Positions 8,612-18,522 of a stretch of 64,000 nt of DNA are shown one piece after another (positions within the stretch are counted from its first letter, which is position 1; each line of letters starts with the position of its first letter). The notes beneath the pieces are model-generated. The model saw nothing but the letters and a program-made list of their open reading frames with translations, made no database searches and was not told where the DNA came from. The DNA is from an uncultured delta proteobacterium (GTDB taxonomy: Bacteria > Desulfobacterota > Binatia > Binatales > Binataceae). Position numbers and translations under genes: made by a program. The stretch spans positions 224,001 to 288,000 of the forward strand of contig CAWCDG010000007.1 in assembly GCA_963794325.1 (NCBI GenBank), given 5' to 3'.

Positions 8612-9190
8612 ATGACTCTCACGGACGCGCAAATCGATCGATACAGCCGGCAAATAATCGTGCCGCGAGTCGGCGGCCGCGGTCAGGAACGCTTGCTCGC
8701 CGCACGAATACTGCTCGCCGGCGATGCGCGCGACATCGAGGCGCCGCTCGCATACCTGGTCGGCGCGGGCGTCGGATCGATTCTGCTGAGGCCATCTGTT
8801 TATCAAGGAGTATGCGCTGAAAAACGCGAACTCAATCCGGACGTAACCGTGACAGATGAACGAAAGGCGCCAATCGATCTGGCACTGATGATCATCGGAA
8901 GTGAGTCGGCACGCAAAGTTGCAGATGAGATCGCGAACGATCGCGATGTGCAATCATTGGTGATCGCGCGCCTCGACGCGCCAGGAAAAATCGTCGTCAT
9001 CCCCGACGCGCACGGATCGCCAATTCTCGGCGCAGGATTCGGCTCGCGCTCCGAAGCTGCGGATTTTATCGCGATGCTTGCGACGGCGGAGGCATTCAAG
9101 CTGATCGCCGGCTACCAGGAGAATCCGTCGAGCGCGACGATCGAAATCGACTTCGACGGTTACCAGACCACAGTTCGCGTCAATCCGTGA
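8612..9190 (+). CDS. degenerate ThiF/MoeB-like protein (RYSRQ arm kept, ATP-binding motifs lost)
   Basis: LTDAQIDRYSRQII...GQERL, LVGAGVG, ELNPDVTV, ATAEAFKLIAG retained; no GxGxxG, SNLxRQ or CxxC. Confidence 0.75.
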   Translation: MTLTDAQIDRYSRQIIVPRVGGRGQERLLAARILLAGDARDIEAPLAYLVGAGVGSILLRPSVYQGVCAEKRELNPDVTVTDERKAPIDLALMIIGSESARKVADEIANDRDVQSLVIARLDAPGKIVVIPDAHGSPILGAGFGSRSEAADFIAMLATAEAFKLIAGYQENPSSATIEIDFDGYQTTVRVNP

Positions 9191-9858
9191 TGTACAAACT
9201 CTGGATGTTCGATTTCGACAACACGCTCGCGCGGCTCGAGCCCGAGGTCGATTGGGCCGGCGGCCGGCTCATCCTCGAACCGTACATGCGATCAGCCGGC
9301 GCGCCCGAGGAACTGTTCACCCGAATCCCGCGCGGCAACCTCCCGCTCTACGACGCGTACCGCTCACTTACTGTGCACGACCCCGATCAGCCGAAAATAA
9401 TCGGAACGCTCCAACACGCTTCTGACATAATCGAGAAACTCGAGTTGGCAGGAGTCGATCGCGCACAACCGCTCGAAGGTGCGATCGAAATACTCGCGAC
9501 ACTGAAGAAGAGCGGCGCTTCGATCGCGATCGTGACGTCCAATTCTTCGAAGACCGTCAAACGCTGGTTCGACAGACGTGCAACCGCGTCGGTCGATGCG
9601 ATCGTCGGGCGTGACACACTGCTCGCACTCAAGCCGGCCCCCGATATGATTCTTCGCGCACTCGAATTATTTTCCGTCGATCGATCCGAGGCCGCCTTCG
9701 TCGGCGACAGCGATGCCGACCTCCGCGCCGCGCAAAATTGTAACGTGCGATTCTACGGAATCGCACCCACCGACATTGCCCGCGATCGATTGCTCAATGC
9801 TGGAGCTAAAGAAATTTTCAGCTCGCCCGCCGCGTTGGCCGTTGCTTTGTCATCCTGA
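9187..9858 (+). CDS. HAD-family hydrolase/phosphatase
   Basis: FDFDNTL, IVTSN, KPAP, FVGDSDAD motifs. Confidence 0.88.
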   Translation: MMYKLWMFDFDNTLARLEPEVDWAGGRLILEPYMRSAGAPEELFTRIPRGNLPLYDAYRSLTVHDPDQPKIIGTLQHASDIIEKLELAGVDRAQPLEGAIEILATLKKSGASIAIVTSNSSKTVKRWFDRRATASVDAIVGRDTLLALKPAPDMILRALELFSVDRSEAAFVGDSDADLRAAQNCNVRFYGIAPTDIARDRLLNAGAKEIFSSPAALAVALSS

Positions 9859-10027
9859 CGAAGCGAGCAACGCGAGCGCCTCGTGTCATCCTGACGACGG
9901 GAGCACTAGCGACGGGAGGAATGGATCTCGGACAGCTTCGCGCACGCGAAGCCGGTTCCGGTTTCCCAAAATCGCGAAGCGCTCCACATTTGCGCCGGTT
10001 CCGGTCTCTGAAATCGCGAAGCGCTCC
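9848..10027. repeat. REP-like GTCATCCTGA elements plus a 34-35 bp direct repeat
   Basis: tgtcatcctgacga at 9848 and 9884; gccggttccggt...aaatcgcgaagcgctcc at 9951-9985 and 9994-10027. Confidence 0.7.
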
Positions 10028-10115
10028 TTTTCAAGCCTTGTTTCCTCCGACAATATTAAGTAACTTCTGAGGTTCAGTAAGTAATCTATTCCTAAGGGAG
10101 CGTCAGTTTTAGCAG

Positions 10116-10658
10116 ATGGATCAAGGGTTTACCTTGTGGTTTACAGGCCTGTCCGGGGCGGGAAAATCAACGCTTGCGAATCTGGTCGCCGACGAACTGC
10201 GCAAGCGCGGGCATCGCGTCGAAATCCTCGACGGTGACGAAGTACGCACCAATCTCTCCAAGGGCCTCGGCTTTTCCAAGGAGGATCGCGACATCAACAT
10301 CCGGCGGATCGGCTACGTATGCCATCTGCTGGCGCGCAACGGCGTCATCTCGATCTCGGCGGCGATTTCGCCCTACCGCGAGGTGCGCGACGAGGTGCGG
10401 CGCAATCACGACCGCTTCTTCGAGGTGTACGTGCGATGCACGATCGACAAGCTGGTCGAGCGCGACGTCAAGGGCCTCTACAAGAAGGCGCTGGCCGGCG
10501 AGATCAAATCGTTCACCGGCGTGTCGGACCCTTACGAGGAACCGCTGACGCCGGAACTCGTCGTCGATAGCAGCACCGAGACCGTCGAGCAGAGCCTGGG
10601 CAAGCTGCTCGGACGCCTCGAAGAGCTGAATTACATCAACAAGGGAGCACGGAGATGA
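10116..10658 (+). CDS. cysC: adenylyl-sulfate kinase
   Basis: [45 protein letters not shown]. Confidence 0.96.
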   Translation: MDQGFTLWFTGLSGAGKSTLANLVADELRKRGHRVEILDGDEVRTNLSKGLGFSKEDRDINIRRIGYVCHLLARNGVISISAAISPYREVRDEVRRNHDRFFEVYVRCTIDKLVERDVKGLYKKALAGEIKSFTGVSDPYEEPLTPELVVDSSTETVEQSLGKLLGRLEELNYINKGARR

Positions 10659-11831
10659 GCGTGCGCGATGACGCAATTTCGGCACACGGCGGCGGCGAGC
10701 TAGTCGATCTGAAAGCGCCGGCCAGTGAGCGCGCTGCACTCGCGGCGCATGCGGCGAAGCTCGCGAGCGTCACGCTCAATGCGCGCGACATCGCCGACCT
10801 CGAGATGCTTGCGACGGGCGCCTTCTCTCCGCTGACCGGCTTCATGGGCGAGGCGGACTACACTCGCGCGCGCGACGAGATGCGCCTCGCGTCGGGCGTG
10901 CCGTGGTCGATTCCAATCACGCTCGGCGTCGATGAGGCCACAGCTAAATCGCTGAAGACCGGAAGCGAGATCGCGCTCGCGACCGACGACGGCAAGCGGC
11001 TGGCGATTCTCAAGCTTGCGGAAATTTACAAGGTCGATCGCAAGAACGAAGCGCAGAACGTGTTCGGCACCTCGGAAGACGCGCATCCGGGCGCGAAGAA
11101 CGTCACCTCGATGCCGCCATACTGCCTCGCCGGAAACGTCACGCTCATTGAAGAGATACCGGGGCGCACCTTCCTGGAATTTCCGCGCGAGCCGCGGCAG
11201 ACGCGCGCGGCGTTTCGCGAGCGTGGATGGAAAAAGATCGTCGCGTTCCAGACGCGCAACCCGACCCATCGCGCGCACGAGTACATCCAGAAAGCGGCGC
11301 TCGAAATCTGCGACGGCCTGATGATTCATCCGCTGGTCGGCGAGACCAAGGGTGACGACGTGCCCGCCGCGGTCCGCATGGAGACTTACAAAGTATTGCT
11401 CGACGCGTACTACCCCAAGGACCGCGCGATGATCGGCGTGTTCCCGGCGCACATGCGCTACGGCGGCCCGCGCGAGGCGATTCTGCACGCGATCGCGCGG
11501 CGCAATTACGGATGCACGCATTTCATCGTCGGGCCGCGATCACGCCGGCGTCGGCAATTACTACGGCAGTTACGATGCGCAGAAAATCTTCGAGCGCTTC
11601 GCGCCGGCCGAACTTGGAATTACGCCGCTGATGTTCGAGAACACTTTCTACTGCAGGCGATGCAACTCGATGGCGTCGTTCAAGACCTGCCCGCATTCAG
11701 ACGCGGACCGGGTGATACTTTCGGGCACGAAAGTTCGCGAGATGCTGCGCGCGGGTGAAGCGCCGCCGCCGGAATTCACCCGCCCCGAGCTGGCAGCGAT
11801 CCTGGTGAAAGCAATGCACGACGCGAAGTAG
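10655..11831 (+). CDS. sat: sulfate adenylyltransferase (apparent +1 frameshift at about 11531-11533)
   Basis: [26 protein letters not shown]; removing one G restores VGRDHAGVG and joins the ILSGTKVR C-terminus ending 11831. Confidence 0.92.
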
Positions 11832-11886
11832 GCTCGCGATCGTAAAGCGGGCCGGGCCTACTTAAAGAAATCGCGGGAGAAAAATT

Positions 11887-12867
11887 GTGAGCAAGTGGCA
11901 ATTCACCAAAGGTCTGCACGACCTCGGACGCGGCGCTTACGCATACCTGCAGCCCTCGGGCACCTGGGGTTACAGCAACGCCGGATTGATTACCGACGGC
12001 GATCAATCGCTGCTGGTCGATACGCTTTTCGACGAACGGCTGACCGCCGAGATGCTTGGCGTGATGCGCGACGCGACCGGCTTTGGCGCCGATCGCATCG
12101 GCGTGGTGGTGAACACGCACTCGAACGGCGATCACACCTTTGGCAATCGGCTTGCGAAAAATGCGGTGATCATTGCGTCGGAAGCGGCGGCGCACGAGAT
12201 GCGCGAAGAAGGCAATCCGCAGATGCTCGCGTCGTTGATGAAAAATGCTGACTCAATGGGAGAGGTCGGCGCTTTTTTCAAGAAAATTTTCGGTGCGTTC
12301 GATTTCGCCGGAGTCACATTCCGGCTGCCCGACCGCACCTTCGTCGGAGAGGAAACGCTCAAGGTCGGCGATAAGCAGGTAAGCCTGATCCAGGTCGGCC
12401 CCGCGCACACCGCGGGCGACGTGATTGCCTTTGTCCCCGCCAATCGAGTCGTTTACACCGGCGATATTCTGTTCATCGAAGGGACTCCGATCGCGTGGGC
12501 AGGTCCGGTGAGCAACTGGATCAAAGCATGCGACCGGATTTTGGACTTGGATGCCGACGTCATCGTCCCCGGCCACGGTCCGATCACCGACAAGGCCGGC
12601 GTCAAGCGGATGCAGGACTACCTGGTGTACGTCGACCAGGAAGCGCGCAAGTGTCACGCGGCGGGAATGAATTCATGGGAGGCCGCGCAGAATATCGCGT
12701 TGGGCTCTTTCGGCGCCTGGGAAGATCCCGAGCGGCTGGCGGTCACGGTGGACACGATTTTTCGCGAGATAAATGACGATCACTCGTCGCGCAACATCGG
12801 AGAACTTTTCGGCCGAATGGCGCAGTTGCAGAGCCGCTTTGCCGCTCCTTCAGCGACTCCCCGCTAA
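11887..12867 (+). CDS. metallo-beta-lactamase-fold hydrolase (cyclase-like)
   Basis: SNAGLI, NTHSNGDH, AHTAGD, GDILF, VPGHG. Confidence 0.85.
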   Translation: MSKWQFTKGLHDLGRGAYAYLQPSGTWGYSNAGLITDGDQSLLVDTLFDERLTAEMLGVMRDATGFGADRIGVVVNTHSNGDHTFGNRLAKNAVIIASEAAAHEMREEGNPQMLASLMKNADSMGEVGAFFKKIFGAFDFAGVTFRLPDRTFVGEETLKVGDKQVSLIQVGPAHTAGDVIAFVPANRVVYTGDILFIEGTPIAWAGPVSNWIKACDRILDLDADVIVPGHGPITDKAGVKRMQDYLVYVDQEARKCHAAGMNSWEAAQNIALGSFGAWEDPERLAVTVDTIFREINDDHSSRNIGELFGRMAQLQSRFAAPSATPR

Positions 12868-15141
12868 GTTCAGCGATGGCCCCGGGATTTGCGGGAGCCA
12901 TCGGTTCAATTGAGAGAGTAAATATTCGAGGCGGCGCATCGAGTGCAGTTCAGCGAGAATCGCGCGTCGCTGATCGAGCGTCCATGGTGTGATTCGCGCG
13001 AATTCCCGCTCCTCTATCCGTGAACCGAACAGCTCGAGACGCGTTTCCAACTCACTCGTCGAATGCGATCGCGCAATCGCCTGCGCGGCCCGCGGGTCGA
13101 GACTTTCAGCACTGCTGAAGAAATCCAGCCACGACTCGAGTTGCCGGCGGACTGCGTCGATCACCTCGACGCGCGCCGATTCGGTTGAGGCGTCCAGTTG
13201 CGGCGTCGGAGTGACGATCCGCCCGCTCGCAATCGAGGCCATCCGGTTCGCGATACGCCGCAGCGTGCCGGCCGCCTCCACAATAGCGTTATGGTTGACC
13301 GTGCTGGTGCGGCCCTCCATTTGCGCATCATCCGAGACCTCCAGAATTTCCGCCAGCGTCCGCATGCTCTGCGAGTTAGCCTGCTGAATCTCATCCTCAG
13401 TGTTCGAGGCGGAACCACCCGGCGCCAGTGCAAGTGCGTCGCGAATAACTTCACGCAGCCTCGGCAACAACGAATCGCCGGCGTACGCCGGCCACAATAT
13501 TAAAAAGACGGCTGCCGCGACCAACGTCCCGAGCAAAACTCCCCAGATACGCCACAGCGGCGCGTAAACGTCGAGCGCGGGACTCAAGCCGGCAAACGCC
13601 AACGCGAATGTCGTACCGATCTGCTTTCCCGCGTATGAAACACGTCCGCTGCTTAGCGAGGAGTACGACGAGATATAGAAGACTACGAAGAGGGCGATCA
13701 TATAAGCCGGAAGAGTCTCGAAGTTCGGAGTGACGACAATGATTGTCAGCAGAGTTATCGCCCCGCCGATTATCACTCCGACGATCCGCAGAATCATCTT
13801 GCGCAGGGTTGCGCCGTAAGTTGGAAGCGCGGTTATCAGCACCGTCGTCAGGATTGTTGAGAGGTCGGCGCGCTGGGTGACGACTCCGATCACATAGCCG
13901 ATCACCACGCATAAACCGACCTTCATGGAAAAGCGGACCACCGCATGATCCGGCGCGTCGGTCGCTCCTGGAGCCACCGTGGCAGACGGCGTCGCCGCGG
14001 CAGGCTGCGGAGGCTCATCGAGCAGCTGCTCGATATGCGCGGTCAGCGCCGCCAGCGAATCGGTGAAGGATGCGAAATTCTCGATCTCCGCCGAACTCGC
14101 AGTGCCGATATACTTCGGCCTGATCTGTATAACGCGTGCGGCGAGCGCATCGTATGCCGATCGTGCCCGGGTCCGCGAGGCAGGTGGCGGCTTGTCAGCG
14201 CCAACCGGAATGTAGGTCGGAAATTCGCGGGCGATTTCGTCCAACACCGTCGCGATTGCATTCACCGACGCTTGCAGTTCCGGGCGCGCCATTGCGGAAA
14301 TATCTCCGGGTACGTCCTGGCGCGCCGCGAACGTCAGGCGATCGGTTTCGAGACCGATGCGCGCCACGCGCGTGATAGCCGCAAGCAGGATCGCGCGACG
14401 ATGCTGGGAGACTCCTTCGGCTACACTGCGATTCAGAAGCTCCATGTGCGAGGGAAGATCCGAAGTCGGCGGTGGCAGCGGCGGCCGCGGCGCATCATGG
14501 CGATCGAGATAATAATTCGCAGCTTCAAGCAGCCGCGAACGATCGCGAGCGACGGTCGCTCCCAGCGATTCCAGCAGGATTTCTTCACCGCGATCCGGCC
14601 AAATCCAGTTGTCGAACAGGACGATCGTGCCGAATGCGATCAGGCTTCCGCCGAATTCGGCGGCCGCGTTCCAACCGATTTCCCCCGGCGCATACACCAC
14701 GCCGTAAAAGATAAAGAGGCAGGTCACCTGGATGAGCAGAAGTGCCGCGCCAAGGTTGCGAATCGTTCCGAAGTAGCTCGAAATCGAAATCAACCCGAAC
14801 AGAAATGGGAGCATCAGCCACGGCGTCTCGGACAATATACCGGCCAGCACCACTGATGCGGCCAGCGCCACTGCTTCCGCGATCAGAAACCCAACCGCCT
14901 TGCGCGCCGACATCATCGGCCCCGCACCCACCAGCAGCCACACGATGTAAGTGCCTAGCTCGTTGTAGACGTGACAGCTCGCGACCAGGCCGGCGCCGAT
15001 CGTGCCGATCGTGGCGAGGCGAAGGGCAGTTCGGAGTTTTCGGGAATTCGGCGCAAGCTCTCGGGAGAGCAACGCCGTGAGCTGATCGAACCAACCCGGC
15101 GGCTGCGCGAGGCGGATCTCCGGTTTGGCGTAGCCGGCCAT
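12850..15141 (-). CDS. FUSC-family (fusaric acid resistance-like) membrane transporter
   Basis: two multi-helix hydrophobic blocks separated by soluble helical domains; KMILRIVG..IGG pattern. Confidence 0.75.
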   Translation of the reverse strand: MAGYAKPEIRLAQPPGWFDQLTALLSRELAPNSRKLRTALRLATIGTIGAGLVASCHVYNELGTYIVWLLVGAGPMMSARKAVGFLIAEAVALAASVVLAGILSETPWLMLPFLFGLISISSYFGTIRNLGAALLLIQVTCLFIFYGVVYAPGEIGWNAAAEFGGSLIAFGTIVLFDNWIWPDRGEEILLESLGATVARDRSRLLEAANYYLDRHDAPRPPLPPPTSDLPSHMELLNRSVAEGVSQHRRAILLAAITRVARIGLETDRLTFAARQDVPGDISAMARPELQASVNAIATVLDEIAREFPTYIPVGADKPPPASRTRARSAYDALAARVIQIRPKYIGTASSAEIENFASFTDSLAALTAHIEQLLDEPPQPAAATPSATVAPGATDAPDHAVVRFSMKVGLCVVIGYVIGVVTQRADLSTILTTVLITALPTYGATLRKMILRIVGVIIGGAITLLTIIVVTPNFETLPAYMIALFVVFYISSYSSLSSGRVSYAGKQIGTTFALAFAGLSPALDVYAPLWRIWGVLLGTLVAAAVFLILWPAYAGDSLLPRLREVIRDALALAPGGSASNTEDEIQQANSQSMRTLAEILEVSDDAQMEGRTSTVNHNAIVEAAGTLRRIANRMASIASGRIVTPTPQLDASTESARVEVIDAVRRQLESWLDFFSSAESLDPRAAQAIARSHSTSELETRLELFGSRIEEREFARITPWTLDQRRAILAELHSMRRLEYLLSQLNRWLPQIPGPSLNLAGSR

Positions 15142-15201
15142 AGCCAGTTTTTTAAGGGTCCCCTTCGATCGTTACAGGTCAGCCCAAAGCGATGATACGG
15201 G

Positions 15202-15282
15202 TACTCGAGGCTCGCATCCAGAGAGATATTGGCCTCGAGCAGCTTCGACACCGGGCAACCTGCCTTGGCCCTGGCGGCGAGC
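15202..15282 (-). pseudogene. C-terminal remnant of an osmC-like gene
   Basis: LAARAKAGCPVSKLLEANISLDASLE resembles the OsmC C-terminus (AKAGCPVS); no N-terminal part visible. Confidence 0.65.
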
Positions 15283-15291
15283 CGGCGATTC

Positions 15292-15468
15292 TCACGCTGG
15301 TTGTTCCGCGGAGGGCACGGTGGCCAGCTCGCGGACAACCTCGATTCGATCAGCCTCGATAAAAGCCGCAAAATTCGCCGCCCCTTCGAAATTATCAATA
15401 TCTTCGAAGCAATGCGGAATTCCCAAGCGCTTGCCATACCAAACCCGCCAGACTGCTTTATCTACCAT
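15292..15468 (-). CDS. small hypothetical protein (58 aa)
   Basis: GGAGG SD upstream of ATG 15468 (MVDKAVWRVWYG...). Confidence 0.5.
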   Translation of the reverse strand: MVDKAVWRVWYGKRLGIPHCFEDIDNFEGAANFAAFIEADRIEVVRELATVPSAEQPA

Positions 15469-15585
15469 CGCAATATCCTCCATTGCTTCTAATGGAGGGG
15501 CGTGAAAAATCGCCGCACGATGATGCGACGCCCAATCTCGCGCCGTATCCGATGAGTCATTGATTGTCGGATCGGGAGAAAGACC

Positions 15586-15777
15586 ATGAATACAGCGACT
15601 CTTCTAACATCGGTGCGAGACCCACGAAGCGGCGAAGTTCACCGTCCGAGCGAAGAGGTGACGATCATGGGCGTCATACGGAACATGGATCGCACCCTGA
15701 TGAAGGTCCGATGGCAGACTGGCGGCGATTGCGTGCTGTTTCCTGAAGAGCTCGAGGAAGTACGCCCGGGTCTGTGA
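15586..15777 (+). CDS. small hypothetical protein (63 aa), beta-rich
   Basis: GGGAG SD, ATG start, MKVRW..G..VLFPEELE pattern reminiscent of SH3-like barrels. Confidence 0.6.
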   Translation: MNTATLLTSVRDPRSGEVHRPSEEVTIMGVIRNMDRTLMKVRWQTGGDCVLFPEELEEVRPGL

Positions 15778-15958
15778 CGGTAGCGCTCTTCTATCTTCGG
15801 GAGGGTGTCGCTGCGGTCGCCGTGCGCCAGCGAGCGCCCAGCGCTGATGCGGGGATATCGGGTACTCGCGTGAATCGGGCCTACTGTGTTAGTGCCAATC
15901 GCGAAGGCAAACCTTTTCCGGTGATCGGTGCCCCTGGCCTCGAAAGGACAGTACAACT

Positions 15959-18262
15959 ATGAGCCGTAAACCGCGCATCGAACCGTATCGCGAGCCCGGT
16001 GGAGGATGGGGCGCGACCATCGCGACCGGCAAGGTGCTCCTTGAGCAAAAGGTTTTGTTCAAAGGCGCCCGCGCCCTTTATCACATGAACAAGCCCGGCG
16101 GCTTCAAGTGCTCGAGTTGCGCGTGGCCCGATCCGTCGCCCGATAAGGCCGACCCTTTTGTGATTTGCGAGAACGGAGCCAAGGCCGTGGCATGGGAGAT
16201 CTCGGCAAAACGCGCGACTCCGGAATTCTTTGCCCAGCATTCAGTAACCGAACTAAGCCGCCAGTCTGACTACTGGCTCGAGCAGCAAGGCCGCATCACG
16301 CATCCTTTGGTGTACGACCCCGACACGGATCACTATGTACCTATCGAGTGGGATAAGGCCTTCGCCTTGATCGGAAAGGAACTCCGCAATTTGTCCGATC
16401 CCAAGCAGGCGGAGTTCTATACCTCCGGCCGGTCCAGCAACGAAGCTGCGTTCCTATACCAATTGTTCGCTCGAGAGTTCGGAACCAACAACTTTCCCGA
16501 CTGCTCCAACTTTTGCCACGAACCTAGCAGTCAGGGCCTGCCTCAATCGATCGGAGTTGGTAAAGGCACCTGCACTCTAGAGGACTTCAATCACGCCGAT
16601 CTTATTTTTGTTATCGGGCAGAACCCGGGAACCAACAGCCCGCGCATGATGACCGAGCTGCACAATGCGGCGCGCCGTGGCGCACAAATCGTCGTCCTCA
16701 ATCCGCTCCGCGAGCGGGCGCTCGAGCGTTTTCAGCAGCCGCAGAGCGTGCTCGAGATGGCGACGATGCGCTCGACACCTATCGCCACGCACTACTACCA
16801 GGTGAAGATCGGCGGTGATACTGCCGCGCTCAAAGGGATCATGAAGGCCGCCGTCGAGGCCGACGATCGCGCGATGCGCGAGGATCGACCTCGCGTCCTG
16901 GATGTCGAGTTCATCGAAGGTCACACCTACGATTTCGAAGCCTTTGCCGCCGATTTGAGGACCACACCGTGGGCCGCAATCGAGAAGCAGTCGGGACTCA
17001 CTCGCGACCAACTCACTGAGGCGGCCCAGGTGTATCTCAAGGCCAACAATGTAATGGCCTGCTTCGGCATGGGTATCACCCAACACTTTCGCGGAACTCA
17101 GAACGTGCAGCAGGTAGTCAACCTGCTGCTGCTGCGCGGGAACATCGGTAAACCCGGCGCCGGCGTCGTCCCGGTGCGCGGACACTCGAACGTGCAGGGC
17201 GATCGCACGGTAGGCATCACCGAGCGGCCCACCAGGGAATTCCTCGATCAGTTGCAGAAAGTCTTCGGTTTCAATCCGCCGCGTGATCACGGCCACGATG
17301 TAGTGCACGCGCTCGGCGCGATTATGCGTGGCGAGGCTAAGGCCTTCGTCAGCCTCGGCGGCAATTTCGTAGCTGCATCGCCGGATACTCCTTTGACAAT
17401 TGACGCGTTTCGCAAACTCGACCTGACAGTAAGTGTAGCAACGAAGCTGAATAGAACTCACCTTATACACGGTCGGGTCGCTTTGATATTGCCGTGCCTG
17501 GCCCGTTCCGAACTGGATCGTGCACCAGACGGCACGGTGCGCGCGGTCACAATCGAAGATTCGATGTCGGTAGTACAAGCGTCGCGTGGAATGATCGCAC
17601 CCGCTAGCCCTCATCTACGTTCGGAACCCTGGATTGTCGCGAGCATGGCGCGCGCAACGCTCGCCGATAAGTCAGTCGTTCCATGGGAGTGGATGGTCGA
17701 AGATTACTCTCGCATTCGAGACAAGATAGAAGCGGTCTTTCCGATCTTTCAGGCATTCAACGCGCGTATCAAAATACCCGGCGGCTTTCGACTGGCGAAT
17801 CCCGCGAGCGAGAGAATCTGGATGACCCCGACCGGTAAGGCGAACTTCATCGTATTCCCGGGACTCGATGAGGACCTGCATCAAAACAACCCGGACGTCC
17901 TTTGGCTCAGCACTATTCGCAGCCACGATCAGTACAACTCGACCATCTACAGCAATAACGACCGTTATCGCGGCATATACAACCAGCGCGACGTGCTGTT
18001 CCTTAACGACAACGAGATAAAAAGGCGCGGCCTGTCGGCAGAGGCTCGCGTCGATATACACACGATGTCCTCGGACGGAATCGATCGCGTCGTCCACGGT
18101 CTCAAAATAGTTCCCTATAACATCCCCGACGGTAGTTGCGCGGCCTACTACCCCGAGACCAACCCACTGCTCCCGTTGAGTCTCCACGACCCCATCTCCG
18201 GCACCCCAAGCGCAAAAGGAATCCCAGTCGTGCTCAAGCCGGTCTCGGCAACAAAGTCTTAA
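15959..18262 (+). CDS. FdhF/YdeP-family molybdopterin oxidoreductase
   Basis: GGGWG, NKPGGFKCSSCAWPD, CENGAKA, FYTSGRSSNEAA, NFPDCSNFCH, RGHSNVQG, RSHDQYNST. Confidence 0.93.
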   Translation: MSRKPRIEPYREPGGGWGATIATGKVLLEQKVLFKGARALYHMNKPGGFKCSSCAWPDPSPDKADPFVICENGAKAVAWEISAKRATPEFFAQHSVTELSRQSDYWLEQQGRITHPLVYDPDTDHYVPIEWDKAFALIGKELRNLSDPKQAEFYTSGRSSNEAAFLYQLFAREFGTNNFPDCSNFCHEPSSQGLPQSIGVGKGTCTLEDFNHADLIFVIGQNPGTNSPRMMTELHNAARRGAQIVVLNPLRERALERFQQPQSVLEMATMRSTPIATHYYQVKIGGDTAALKGIMKAAVEADDRAMREDRPRVLDVEFIEGHTYDFEAFAADLRTTPWAAIEKQSGLTRDQLTEAAQVYLKANNVMACFGMGITQHFRGTQNVQQVVNLLLLRGNIGKPGAGVVPVRGHSNVQGDRTVGITERPTREFLDQLQKVFGFNPPRDHGHDVVHALGAIMRGEAKAFVSLGGNFVAASPDTPLTIDAFRKLDLTVSVATKLNRTHLIHGRVALILPCLARSELDRAPDGTVRAVTIEDSMSVVQASRGMIAPASPHLRSEPWIVASMARATLADKSVVPWEWMVEDYSRIRDKIEAVFPIFQAFNARIKIPGGFRLANPASERIWMTPTGKANFIVFPGLDEDLHQNNPDVLWLSTIRSHDQYNSTIYSNNDRYRGIYNQRDVLFLNDNEIKRRGLSAEARVDIHTMSSDGIDRVVHGLKIVPYNIPDGSCAAYYPETNPLLPLSLHDPISGTPSAKGIPVVLKPVSATKS

Positions 18263-18276
18263 GCGTAGGCTGGCTG

Positions 18277-18364
18277 CTCTTCCCCTCTCCCATCGGGAGA
18301 GGATTTAAGGAGAGGGACCTTGTCCAGCGCGCTATTTTGCGCGCGATTCAAGATTCTGCTCCCG
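18277..18364. repeat. copy of the composite REP-like element also at 33151 and (inverted) 36038
   Basis: ctcttcccctctccc..gggagagga..aaggagaggg...cagcgcgctattttgcgcgcgattcaagattctgctcc. Confidence 0.7.
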
Positions 18365-18522
18365 TCCTGATTCCGACCGCCGTGCGGCTTCCGCGGGCGC
18401 AATTTTCTGGTAGTGTTCAGTTCGCAGTAACACTCAACAAGGCTGGTCGAGCGAGCCCTTCGGTCCAATCGACAGTGACCAAGGGCCGCCGACCTACGAT
18501 GGAGCCTACCAAGGAGGCCACC

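Noticed and set aside
4966-9190. Molybdopterin/thiamine biosynthesis or a Bil/CBASS-type conjugation defence system
   Set aside because: No moaE, thiG, E2 or JAMM genes; the SAM-I riboswitch and PLP synthases point to sulfur amino-acid synthesis
9951-10027. CRISPR-like 35-bp direct repeat
   Set aside because: Two copies separated by only 8 nt; a local duplication
15959-18262. Selenocysteine formate dehydrogenase
   Set aside because: No in-frame TGA; motifs are those of the YdeP-like subfamily and no partner subunits are adjacent
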